Origin: Prasinococcaceae sp. CCMP 1430
Taxonomy: Eukaryota; Plantae; Prasinodermophyta
Length of the DNA stretch: 30,989 bases
Direction: 5' to 3'
Assembly (NCBI GenBank): GCA_013416795.1
Contig: RQSC01000381.1
Span: 46,590-77,578, forward strand
Every line of letters begins with the position of its first letter. Positions within the stretch are counted from its first letter, which is position 1. The notes under the pieces were generated by a model. The model was given only the letters and a program-made list of their open reading frames with translations, searched no databases and was not told where the DNA came from. Below are positions 9,565-20,500 of the stretch, one piece after another. The translations under genes and the position numbers were made by a program.

Positions 9565-10399
9565 ATGGCCCTCGATGCCTACGGCTTCGAGGTCCCCGCC
9601 GACCTGCCTCCCTCCGCCTCGGCCGCGCGCGCGCGCAACGCCGCCAAGCGCGCCGAGCGCGCGCCGCGCTGCCTCCGCCCGCGCCGCCCCGCCCCCGCGC
9701 GCGGCAGCCGAGCGTGGAAGGTGCGCCAGGCGCACGCGCACGCGCACAACACACGCACACGCACACGCGCACGCAGACGCTCGCGCGCTCATGTGCGCAC
9801 GCGCGCATCTGACCACCCGCACAAGGAGCGCGCGCGCAAGGGCGTGCCGCCTCCGCTGCGCATGCACGCGTGGCTCGACGCCGCGGGGGCGGGCGCCGCG
9901 CCGGGGGAGTACGAGGCGCTCGTGGAGCGCGCCGAGAGACAGGACGAGGAGGAAGAGGTGCGTAAGGCGCACGCGCGCGTGAGGACAAACACGCGCGCGC
10001 ACACACGTGCACTCGCGCGGCTGACGCGAGCGCGCCCACGCACGAACGCGCACACACACGTGAACACATGCACGTACACCCACACGTACCCACACGCACA
10101 CACGGCAGGAGGAGGCTGCGAGCGCCGCGTCCGCGGCGACAACGTCAACGTCTGCGCCCGTGGACGGCGCCGCACCGCGGAGGCGCGTCGCGCGTGAGAT
10201 CGCCAACGACCTCGCGCGCACGTTCCCGTCGCACGCGTGGGTGGCATCCGACGAGGGGCAGGTGCGAAAGGCGTACCACATGAAACGCTCACACACACAC
10301 GCACACAAACACTCACGTGCGCGCGCTCGCGCTCGTGTACGTAGACCCGCGCGTGCACATGCGCATCGTACGCTTCCAAAACCGCACACACACGCACAC

Positions 10400-10452
<53 letters not shown>

Positions 10453-12243
10453 CGCCCTCACTTATATCTGACACACGCACACACCCCCGCACGGCCCCGC
10501 GCCCCTCTGCAACACCTTGTGGATCGCAGGAGGCGCTGCGCCGCGTGCTGCTCGCCGCGGCGGCGCACAACCCGCGTGTGGGGTACTGCCAGGGAATGAA
10601 CTTCGTCGCCGCGCTGCTGCTGCTGGTGTGCCGGGGGGCAGGTGCGGCGCGCGCGGCCGAGGGCGCGGGCGCACGTCTGGCGTGCGTTCGAACGCACGCA
10701 CGCATGCACGCACGCCCACAGACACCCACACCCACACATACACGCGCCAAAAAGCGCATACAGAATCGCGCGCCAAACACACAACACACACGTGCGCATG
10801 CGCGTGCTCGTGCGTCATACACGCGCACGCACACAAACCTTCGCATCTAACACACACACATTGACACACGCACGCACACACGCACACGCACACGCGCCCG
10901 CGCGCGCGCCAACTCGCAGCGCCCTCCGCGGACGGCTTCACGGTGCCCTCGGCGTCCGTGCACGGCGAGGAGGCGGCCTTCTGGCTCCTCTCGGCCCTGG
11001 TGGAGCGCGTGCAGTACGACGACTTGTACGCCGAGCACCTCCTGGGCTGCCAGGTGGGTTTTCGCGTGCGCGCCGTGCCTGCGCGTGCGCGCGCGCGTGT
11101 GTGTGCGCGGGCGCGCGTGCGTGCGTGCGTGTGTGTGTCGTGTTTGGGAGGCTGCCAGGGGGTGCACGTGTGCGCGTGCGTGCATGTGCGGCGCCACGCC
11201 CCCTGCGCACGCCTTCTGACTCGCGCGTGCGTGTATTTTGTGTGTGTGCGCGCGCACGCGTGACAGGTGGAGCTGCGCGTGCTCGAGGGGCTGCTGCACG
11301 ACAAGCTGCCACGCCTCGCCGAGCACCTCGATGCTATCAAGTGCGACCTCAAAACGCTCGCCACGGACTGGTTTCTCTGCGCATTCGCGCGATCGCTGCC
11401 TGCGGAGACGACGTGCCGCGTGTGGGACGCGCTCTACGCGGAGGGCGGGAAGGTCTGTGTGTGCGCGCGCGTATATGTGCGTGTGTGCACGTTTGCACGT
11501 GTGCACGCGCGCATGCGCGCGTGTGTGTTTGTGCTTGCGTGCATTCGCTGACTGTGTGCGCGCGTCTGCGCTCGCGTGCTACCAGGTGCTCTTCCGCGTG
11601 GCGCTGGCGCTGCTCGCCGACGCCGAGGACGCGCTGCTGGCCGCCCCCGGCGCTGGAGAGGCGTACGTGGCGCTGCGCGCGCACTGCGCGGCCTCCCACG
11701 ACGCCGATGCGCTGCTCGCGCGCGCCTTCGGCGGGCGCGCGCTCGGTGCGGCGCTCCCCGCGTGGCTGCCGGGGGGCGGCGTGTGCGGCTCGCTGCCCAT
11801 GCGGCGCATCGCGCGGGCGCGCGCGCTGAAGCGGATCGACGTGGAGAGAGAGCTCGTCGACGTGCACAGGCGCCGCGTTGAGTACAGGAGGCAGGCGGAG
11901 GACGAGAGACGGCGGCAGCAGGTGCGTGCGAGGGGGAGCGTGTGAGTGCGTGCGTGTTTGCAGGCGTTTGCTTGTGTGTGTGTGTACGCTTGTGCAGTCG
12001 AGATCACGTGTGTGTGTGCCCACGCACGCGGGCGCTGATGGTGCGATACCTACCCCGCAGGGCGCCAACGCCTCGCAGCGCCAGGCGGACATGGCGGGGC
12101 GCGAGTGGCGGCAGGAGGCACGCGCGGCCTCGCCTGTCTCCTCGCCGTCGCCGTCGTCCTCGCCCGCGCCAACGCCGCGCGGCTCGCGCGAGGCGGCGCC
12201 GCGCGCAGTGCGCGCGGTGGCAGACGGCGCCGCCGGCGAGTAA
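9565..12243 (+). CDS. TBC-domain Rab GTPase-activating protein, 8 exons, about 463 aa
   Basis: Exons 9565-9720, 9826-9957, 10109-10261, 10530-10641, 10920-11053, 11267-11452, 11586-11921 and 12061-12243 join in frame (1392 nt). Motifs DAYGF, RKGVPPPLR..AW, IANDLARTFP (Arg finger), GYCQGMNF (Gln finger), EEAAFWLL, WFLCAF, RVWD. Confidence 0.9.
10402..10451. repeat. Perfect (GT)n microsatellite, about 25 units, in TBC intron 3
   Basis: Directly visible. Confidence 0.95.
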
Positions 12244-12409
12244 TACGCCGTGCTCTGCAACATACCCACAGCATGAGCGCGCACCCATACACACACGCAC
12301 ACACACGCAAACACACACACACGCGCGTACACACACGAGAAGTATCACGCGCCGCGCCCAATCGCCGCGGCCATCGCTGATTCCTACCGGAAGGCGCACG
12401 AAAATGCGC

Positions 12410-12414
12410 TTACA
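12410..12414 (-). terminator. Putative TGTAA polyadenylation signal for the ankyrin-MYND gene
   Basis: ttaca on the + strand, 84 nt downstream of the stop at 12498. Confidence 0.5.
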
Positions 12415-12497
12415 ATGCGCACGCAGATGCTCGGCGGCACGTAGAGCGCACAGGACCTTGGTGTGTTGCACGAGGCACCGCTCGAGCGGGCGCGGGC

Positions 12498-13631
12498 TCA
12501 CTCCTCGGGCGCCCTCGTCGAGCCCGTCCTCCCCGCGCACTCACGCTTGTGCTGGGGCCACGCCGCCACCTGGCACGCGCGGCTGCAGTAGCGGGGAGGG
12601 ACCACGTCGGCGCCCTCCTTCTTGGCTCTGCGGCAAGCGGAGCACGAGCGCAGCTTATCGCCCTCGGCCTTTGCCGCAGCGGAGGTCTTGCCGCAGTGCG
12701 CGCACGCGTGGCGCGGCGCATCGCGACTGCCGCCGCCGCGCGCTGCTGTACGCGCTAGCCCATCATGAGGGCGGCGGGGTAGGTAGCCCTGTTCGTAGCC
12801 TACCATGAGCATGGCGGTCTCAACGTTGCCTGATGCAATGGCGATGCTGGTTGCCGTCATGTCCTCGCTGGTAGTGAGAGACAAATCGGCGCCCGCCTCG
12901 ATCAGCATGCGGACGCAGTCGGTATGACCATACGCGGCTGCGACCATCAACTCAGTGCCCCGCGTCGGACCGCCGAGTCTGTCTATTTCCGCGCCCGCCT
13001 CGAGCAGCAGCCGGAGGCAGTCTGCTTTTCCATGTTTTGCCGCTGCATGCAGTGCCGAAATACCGTCGGCGTCGAGCTTGTTCGCGTCTGCGCCCGCCTC
13101 GAGCAGCACGCGCAGGCAGTCGGCGAAGCCCTGCGCTGCCGCGCCCATCATTGGAGATCCACCTTTAGCATCGACTGTGTTCTTGTCGGCACCCGCCTCG
13201 AGCAGCATCTTGACGCAGGCCGTGTGACCAAATCCCGCCGCGAAGTGCAGTGGAGTCTCGCCTACAACATTGGCTGCTTCCTTGTCGGCGCCGGCGTCGA
13301 GAAGGAGCCGCAGGCAGTCTGCCTCGCCATTTCCCGCCGCGACAATCATTGCAGAGTTGTCCATAGGAGTGCTCTCGGACCCATTCTTCTTGTTCACGTC
13401 AGCTCCGGCCTCGAGCAGCAGCCGAAGGCAGACTGGGTGGCCATTCATCGCCGCGTACATGACCGCAGTGGTGCCGTGCTCGTCGGCGTCGTCCTTGTTG
13501 ACACCCTCCGCGAGCAGCCGCTTGAGGTGGCCAGCGCGCCCCTCTGCCGCCGCGGCGCGCAGCAGCGCGGCGGCCTCGTCGCTACCTGCCGACCATGGGG
13601 GCGGTCCTCCTGCCGCCGTGCCGCCAGCCAT
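12498..13631 (-). CDS. Ankyrin-repeat and MYND zinc-finger protein, intronless, 377 aa
   Basis: ATG at 13631. About 7 ankyrin repeats (GETPLHFAAGFGHTACVKMLLEAGADK). MYND pattern CAHC..CSAC..YCSRACQVAAWPQHKREC. Confidence 0.9.
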   Translation of the reverse strand: MAGGTAAGGPPPWSAGSDEAAALLRAAAAEGRAGHLKRLLAEGVNKDDADEHGTTAVMYAAMNGHPVCLRLLLEAGADVNKKNGSESTPMDNSAMIVAAGNGEADCLRLLLDAGADKEAANVVGETPLHFAAGFGHTACVKMLLEAGADKNTVDAKGGSPMMGAAAQGFADCLRVLLEAGADANKLDADGISALHAAAKHGKADCLRLLLEAGAEIDRLGGPTRGTELMVAAAYGHTDCVRMLIEAGADLSLTTSEDMTATSIAIASGNVETAMLMVGYEQGYLPRRPHDGLARTAARGGGSRDAPRHACAHCGKTSAAAKAEGDKLRSCSACRRAKKEGADVVPPRYCSRACQVAAWPQHKRECAGRTGSTRAPEE

Positions 13632-13760
13632 GGCAACAGGCGCGCCCCGGCACGCGCCCTCGCTCGCGCGAGGCGGCGGCCCGCGGCGAGAGGGGCGGCA
13701 GGCCGCCCCTGCCTGCGCGCGCCGAGCCTGAGTGGAAGGGGGAGAGGCGAGGAGCGAGGC

Positions 13761-13883
13761 NNNNNNNNNNNNNNNNNNNNNNNNNNNNNNNNNNNNNNNN
13801 NNNNNNNNNNNNNNNNNNNNNNNNNNNNNNNNNNNNNNNNNNNNNNNNNNNNNNNNNNNNNNNNNNNNNNNNNNNNNNNNNNN
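13761..13883. other. Assembly gap
   Basis: Run of N. Confidence 1.
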
Positions 13884-13934
13884 CGTCCGTGCGCGCCGCC
13901 GCCGCGCCGCGCGGCGCCGCACACCACCGCGGCG

Positions 13935-14226
13935 ATGACGACAACGGCCGCGAGGAGGGCGAGGAGGGCGAGGAGGAAGGGGCAGAGGACGGCCGCGACG
14001 GAGGCTGGGGAGGCCGAGGAGGGCGATGGGGCGGTGCGTGCACGCGCACACGTGCGGGCTCACACAAACCCGGCGAGCGTGCGAGCGCGCGTGCGCTCGC
14101 GAGGGCACGCTGAGGTGTGCGCATGCGCTCGTCGCTCACACACACGTGCACACGCACACGCACACACACACACACGCGCACACACAGGAGGCGGCGAGCC
14201 CCGGCGCCGGCGGCGCGGCGCTCTGA
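13935..14226 (+). CDS. Hypothetical short spliced ORF, or 3' part of a gene starting in the gap
   Basis: Exon 13935-14033, GTGCGT donor, CA-rich intron ending CAG at 14187, then exon 14188-14226 ending TGA. Low complexity, no domain. Confidence 0.3.
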
Positions 14227-14687
14227 GCATCCGCTCGCTGGCAGATGTCGGCGGCCACGCGCGCGCGCAGGACGGCGCGGGGGCGGCAGACAGCGCATAC
14301 ACACGCGCACACACACGCTCGCAGGCGGGCGAGGACACGCGCGGGCGCGGGCGAGCGCGCGAGCGCGGCGGAGGGGGCGGTGAGGGCTCCGGGGGTAAAG
14401 GAGAAAGAATTGGATAGTATACAGACGCAGGGCGCGCGCTGTGGCGCGGCGGGGGCGCCCCCGCCGCGCCCTACAGCGCCCCCCTGCTCCCTGTCCCAAC
14501 GGCCACTCCCATTCAATGCAATTTGATATGAGTTTGTGTGAGAGCATGTGAGCGCGTCGGTGGTGCGTGTGGTGTGTGCGCGTACGAGCTCTGTGTGCGT
14601 GCGTGCGCGTGCGCCACACAGGTGCTCGCGCGCGCCCGCATGCTCGCGCGCGTGCGCGCCGCCTGGCGCGGCGCCGCGGCCGCGCAC

Positions 14688-15643
14688 NNNNNNNNNNNNN
14701 NNNNNNNNNNNNNNNNNNNNNNNNNNNNNNNNNNNNNNNNNNNNNNNNNNNNNNNNNNNNNNNNNNNNNNNNNNNNNNNNNNNNNNNNNNNNNNNNNNNN
14801 NNNNNNNNNNNNNNNNNNNNNNNNNNNNNNNNNNNNNNNNNNNNNNNNNNNNNNNNNNNNNNNNNNNNNNNNNNNNNNNNNNNNNNNNNNNNNNNNNNNN
14901 NNNNNNNNNNNNNNNNNNNNNNNNNNNNNNNNNNNNNNNNNNNNNNNNNNNNNNNNNNNNNNNNNNNNNNNNNNNNNNNNNNNNNNNNNNNNNNNNNNNN
15001 NNNNNNNNNNNNNNNNNNNNNNNNNNNNNNNNNNNNNNNNNNNNNNNNNNNNNNNNNNNNNNNNNNNNNNNNNNNNNNNNNNNNNNNNNNNNNNNNNNNN
15101 NNNNNNNNNNNNNNNNNNNNNNNNNNNNNNNNNNNNNNNNNNNNNNNNNNNNNNNNNNNNNNNNNNNNNNNNNNNNNNNNNNNNNNNNNNNNNNNNNNNN
15201 NNNNNNNNNNNNNNNNNNNNNNNNNNNNNNNNNNNNNNNNNNNNNNNNNNNNNNNNNNNNNNNNNNNNNNNNNNNNNNNNNNNNNNNNNNNNNNNNNNNN
15301 NNNNNNNNNNNNNNNNNNNNNNNNNNNNNNNNNNNNNNNNNNNNNNNNNNNNNNNNNNNNNNNNNNNNNNNNNNNNNNNNNNNNNNNNNNNNNNNNNNNN
15401 NNNNNNNNNNNNNNNNNNNNNNNNNNNNNNNNNNNNNNNNNNNNNNNNNNNNNNNNNNNNNNNNNNNNNNNNNNNNNNNNNNNNNNNNNNNNNNNNNNNN
15501 NNNNNNNNNNNNNNNNNNNNNNNNNNNNNNNNNNNNNNNNNNNNNNNNNNNNNNNNNNNNNNNNNNNNNNNNNNNNNNNNNNNNNNNNNNNNNNNNNNNN
15601 NNNNNNNNNNNNNNNNNNNNNNNNNNNNNNNNNNNNNNNNNNN
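14688..15643. other. Assembly gap
   Basis: Run of N. Confidence 1.
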
Positions 15644-15644
15644 C

Positions 15645-16449
15645 GTCACCATCGTGCGCGCCGACGTCGCCAAGGAGGGTGCGGGCGCGCGGCGATGCGC
15701 GGGGCCGGGGGAAAGGGGGGGAGAAGGGGGCCCCACGGCGCTGCGAGGGAAGGCTTGGGGCGCGCGACGCGCCCTCCCTGAGCGCGCGCGCGCGCGGCTC
15801 GGAGTGCGCGACGCGCGCGGCCGCGGCGAAGCGCGAGTGTGAGGGGGGGAGGGAGGGCTCGCGCCGTCGCGAGGCATGCTCCTGACCCCTTGCGATGCGG
15901 CGTACGCAGGCGTGCTGAAGGAGGTCAAGGCTCCGGATTCGGGTTCGAAGGACGCGGCGAACGCGCCGCTCCCGCCGGTGGACCTCGATCTCGTCGCGCA
16001 GCGCGAAGCGGCGGCCGTGAAGAAGGCCGAGGCGGCGGGGCGCAAGATCGGCGTCGGCGTCAGCGCGCACGCACAGAAGGTGCGGCCGCCGCGCACCGCC
16101 GCGCACCGCGCCGTTGCGTGCGGCGGCGCTGCCCCGCTCTCTGCTCAGGGTCGCACGCCTGACTCGATCGCCGCCCGGACGGCGGCCGCGCTCGCGCCGA
16201 CCCTCCCTCGCGCGTCCGGTGGCGCGCGCGGCGGCCGTCGCCGTCGCCTCCTGGCAAAAGGTCTTCGACGCGTTGCAGAGGACCATGGAGTGCTCGTGGG
16301 ATGGGCCGTGCATCGTGGTGCTCGACGAGGTGCGCATTTCGCCGCCGTACGACACGACGGCCGTCGCCGGCGGCCAGGCCACGCCCGCCACCATGCTGGA
16401 CCGCGTCGTCATGGTGCTCGGCAACGTGCTGCAGACGCTCGCCAAGTGA
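15645..16449 (+). CDS. LSM12: LSM12-like protein (Lsm plus anticodon-binding AD domain), 5'-partial
   Basis: Exons <15645-15678, 15910-16079 and 16261-16449 join in frame. KIGVGVSAHAQK|VFDALQRTMECSWDGPCIVVLDEVRISPPY matches the LSM12 AD-domain pattern (IGVGVt.eAQ.iFDAL.kT...W....IvV..eV.i.pPY). Confidence 0.85.
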
Positions 16450-16574
16450 AGCAGGTACATGTGAGTCTACTGGTCATTAATATTATGTCTTACGACGCCT
16501 CGTGGGCCGTGTCCGCGCGCGCAGTGACGCAGCACCAGCTCAGAGCGCGCACATCCCTCGCAGGCGGGCGGCTG

Positions 16575-17122
16575 TCACGCTTGCTGAGGAGCGGGCGCCG
16601 GTGCCTCCGCGGCCGAGGGGACGGGCGCCGCGGGAGCGGGCTCGACCGAGGGCGCGGCTTCAGGGGCGGGCTCGGCGGAGGGCGCTGGCGCAGGGACGGG
16701 CGCGGAAGGAGCGTCTGGCTCGGCCGCGGGCGCCTCCGCCACGGCGTCGCCCTCGGACTTGACTGGGCCGCCGTAGGGCACGCGCTTGGGCACGAAATCC
16801 GCCAGGAACTCGGCCGGGCCCCCAAGGCGCTCGACGGCGTCGGCTGCGGAGCCAGGAGGGTGGCAGGGATTGAGGCACGAGCGGCCGGTCGCGGCGAGAC
16901 GTGGCGAGGCGAGGCGCGCTGGAGCGCGCCGCGCGGCGCGTCTGCTGCTGCCGGTAGGCTCCGCCCACGCGCGCGGGGCGCGCGGGCGCTGCACGCACGC
17001 CGCTGCCTCCGCGCCCGCACGCGGACCGGCGGAGGAGCAATGAGGTGGGCGCCGTACGGGCAGAGATTCAATGCGAGGTGGGTGGGCGCACTAGCTGTGC
17101 AGACATACTCTGCCACGGGCAT
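16575..17122 (-). CDS. Hypothetical protein with Ala/Pro/Glu-rich tail; 5' structure uncertain
   Basis: Coding-like last exon 16843-16575 after a CAG acceptor (DAVERLGGPAEFLADFVPKRVPYGG...). A phase-compatible first exon 17122-16999 exists but has a weak donor context. Confidence 0.35.
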
Positions 17123-17208
17123 GCGCTGTCCAACGCGACTGCGCTGGCGTTCCAGCGATCTGGTGCGTGTTCGCACTGACACATGCATGCGCCTGCAGGC
17201 TCGCGCAG

Positions 17209-17418
17209 ATGAGCGAGCTTAGCTTCGGCTTCGGGACGAGGGAGAGCGTGGCCGCGTGGGGAATAGCGGGAGCCATCGTGGTGGGCTACTACTGGTACCC
17301 ACAGTGGGAGCGCAAGCAGAGGCACGCCGCCGCCAAAGAGCGCATGCGAAGGCTCGCGTCCGATCCGGATGCGCAGCGCGACGCGCGCACGCCAGACGCG
17401 TCAGACGGCAGGCGCTGA
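17209..17418 (+). CDS. Small single-pass membrane protein, 69 aa
   Basis: MSELSFGFGTRESVAAWGIAGAIVVGYYWYPQWERKQR... has one hydrophobic helix followed by a basic stretch. It is preceded by a CTGAC branch-like site and CAG acceptors, suggesting a 5' intron. Confidence 0.6.
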   Translation: MSELSFGFGTRESVAAWGIAGAIVVGYYWYPQWERKQRHAAAKERMRRLASDPDAQRDARTPDASDGRR

Positions 17419-17509
17419 ACGCTCACGCCTGCGCCGCGCCGCCGCAGCTGCCAGCGGTACAAGTACAACAGAGAATTGCAATACAGTCGCGCGGACAGCG
17501 TCCGCGCGC

Positions 17510-20500
17510 TCACGACAGGTGAAAGCCGCTGCCTTGAGAGATCGCGTAGACCAGCTTCTCCGCCAGCGCCTCGCGGGTCGCGTACGGCGGCAGCTTCAGA
17601 AGGTTCATGCACGTCGCAGCAGTGGGCAGCCGCTCGGCCGCGGCAGCCTCACCGACGTGCCCGGCCATCTGCAGGCAGAAGCGCGGCTCGAGTGCCTTGA
17701 AGCCGAGCAGCGGCGCGCGTGAGCAGCTGGTGACGAACTTGACGAGCATTCGCTGCTCCTTGGCCGACATGGACTCCACCACGCTCCAGAAGTTCAGAAC
17801 GATGGGATGGTCCTCATGGAAGCCGCTGGCGTACACAGTGAAGTTGCGCATGTCATCGACGTCGATCCTGCCCGCCTTGCCGCTGACGAGTTCTTGGAGC
17901 TCTTTCGGGTTGAAGAGGCTCGCCCACTCCGGCGTGATGAGCGTCCGGAAACCCTGCCCGAAGGCATCGGCGGCAAGGCGAGTCTCGGCGTTTAGGCGAT
18001 AGTGCGCCATCAAGTGGACGTACAGCGCCGCATTGGCTTCGGTGACAGGCACCTGCGCGCCGCGGCCGCCGGGCAACAGGCCGACTTCTCGGCCGTTGGC
18101 GGTGGTGGCGGCGAAGGTGAGGCCGAGGTCCTCGGTCGCGGCTCCCGCGCGGCGCACGTAGCGTAGGTTGGCGTCCAGCTCGGCGTCGAGGCTGGCGAGG
18201 TCGGCGGCTCCCGACACGCCGAGCTTGCCAGGCAGGACCTTCCTAAGAAAGTGCTGTGCCAGCGGCAGCTCAAGCAAAATGCCCTCGTAGACCGCCTTGC
18301 CAACCATCTTGCCGAGAAATTCGTAGAGCCTCAGCACGACGGAGGACGTCCCCGCTGCCGGGTCTGGGTAGAGCTCATTGCGCGCGTTGGCGCGGAAGAG
18401 CCCACGCTTGTCGCTGAAACCCTCGAGTAGAAGCTCCTCGAGGAAATCTTTGAAGAGGCCGCCCCCGTCGATGCCGGCCTCTGCCTCGCCTGTGATGTCG
18501 ACAAATTGAACGCGAATGAGCCCCTTCACGGCGTCGCCGAGCTTGTCCAACTCGTTCATTCCATCCTCCAGAAGGTTGCCGCGTCGCACAGTGATGCCGC
18601 GTCCCATGACATGGCCGAATATGTTTGCCCGTCCACGCTTGGACTCGCGGTCGGTGCACACAAGCGTGTGGAACGCCGCAGCGCGCGCAGAGAACGGCAC
18701 CAGACAAGGGGCGGAAAGCAACACGGCGCGCACGCGCGCGCCGCTCAGCATCCTGTTGGCGGCCAACGCGTCGTCCTCCGAGTTCCCGTCGTCTTCAGCA
18801 GTGTCGTGGGCAGCTGCTGCCGCCGCTTCAAACGCACCCGCGCCTGCTGTGCCCCACAGCGCCGCCTGCACCTCAGCATTGAATCGTTCGAGGCCGGCCT
18901 GAGACCGAAGCACGGTCGCGTGGAACGCACTCGGCGGCACGAGCTCCAGCGAAGTGAGCCTGTCGTATGCGACGCGAAGGAGGCGACACGCAGATGCTCG
19001 GATGGCCAGGGCATCGGTGGGCGCCTGCTGCATGGTGGGCGCCCACAGCATATCCCACGCGGCCGAGCGCACTATACCAATGAGGCCACCATGAGGGGCA
19101 CGCGAGTCGTGGAGGGCCGACACGGGGAGAACACCGCCGCGGCTGCCGCCCTCCATGTTACCCCGTAGCTCTTCGGCATCGGCAGACGCCAGCGTGCGCG
19201 TTGCAATCTCGCACACGGCCACCAGCGACGGGACCCACTCCTTGCCGGCCCCGCCGAGGGCCGCGCTTGCCCAGCTCACGTGGCCGGGCACGCGGCTCAG
19301 CACATCATTCCAAAGCGAGGCCAGCAGATCCATCTTGTACGCGAGCGTGTTGACGAGGCGCGGCGCGAGCGGCCCTGCGCGCGCGAAGAGGGCGTTGACC
19401 AACGAGCAGAGCGGCTTGGACCCCTCGGCGGGGTTGAGCTCTCCGGCGCCGCTGGCAGCACTGGCGGCGCTCACCAATGGGGCGAGCGCGTCGTCGGCCG
19501 CAAGCGTCTCAAGCTGCGCGCTCAGCACGGAATCCGCACTCGCTTGCACACCCCACGGCATCGCGTCGCCCTGCTCTTTCTCGTCAAGGTCCATGACGTC
19601 GCCCTCGGCGCCCACGCTGCACGCGCGCGCCAGAAGTCTGTGGAGCGCATCCGCCGCCGCCCTGGCGTCCGCGGCGTGCATCTGACGAGGCGAGGCCGCG
19701 CAAGCGTCCGCGAGATTGCCGAGGGCAACGGCGCTTGTCTCGCAGTCGAGCGAATTCCAGACTGCCTCGGACACGCGCACCGCCGCGATGAGCAGTGCTC
19801 GGGAAACCGCCGCTGAGGAGGTGCTTAGCCGCCTCGTCGCACCGCGCAAGCGCAGCAGGCCGTCGGGCGCGGCGAAAGCCGCGGCTGCCGCACGCCCGCG
19901 CTCAGCCGTCGCCGCCGGCGATGCGGCGTATCGTTCGCAGACAGACGCGACGACGCGCGCCGCCAGACAGTCGCCGGCGGGCGCCGCACCGTCCCCCAGC
20001 CGCACCAGACCCGCCAGCGCCACCGACAACGGCGCGCACCCGCCAGGCGGATGTGTCATTGCCATCAGCCTATCGACCGCCGGCCTCGCTCCTGCGTCGA
20101 GATACAGCGTCGGCTGTGCCAGAGCTACCGCGGCCGTTGCAAGCACCTGGAGCGTCTTCTGTTCGGCCGTGGGCGGCGCTGCGGACTGCGCGGGGGGCAG
20201 TGGCGCCAGCAGCCACTCGGCCGCCGCGGCGCCGCCCGCCGCCGCCGCGTGCAGCGCAGCCACGCACCCGCACAGCAATCTCTCCGCGCGCAGCCTCCCG
20301 ATTCGCACGTCGCCCGCAGAATCGAGCAAGGGCAGCGAAGCACCGCTCGTGAAGGCGGGCAGCACGCACAGCTGCGCACACCTCGCGAGCACGGCGGCGC
20401 CATCCGCATCTGTGCCCCGAGCGAAGAACAGCGCGTCTCGGAGCAACTCCCCGCCGCGTGCCGCCGCGTCCTCGGGCGTCGCGCGCTCCCCGTGCGCGCC

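Noticed and set aside
14136-16460. 400-770 aa ORFs spanning the large gap
   Set aside because: Artefacts of N runs lacking stop codons.
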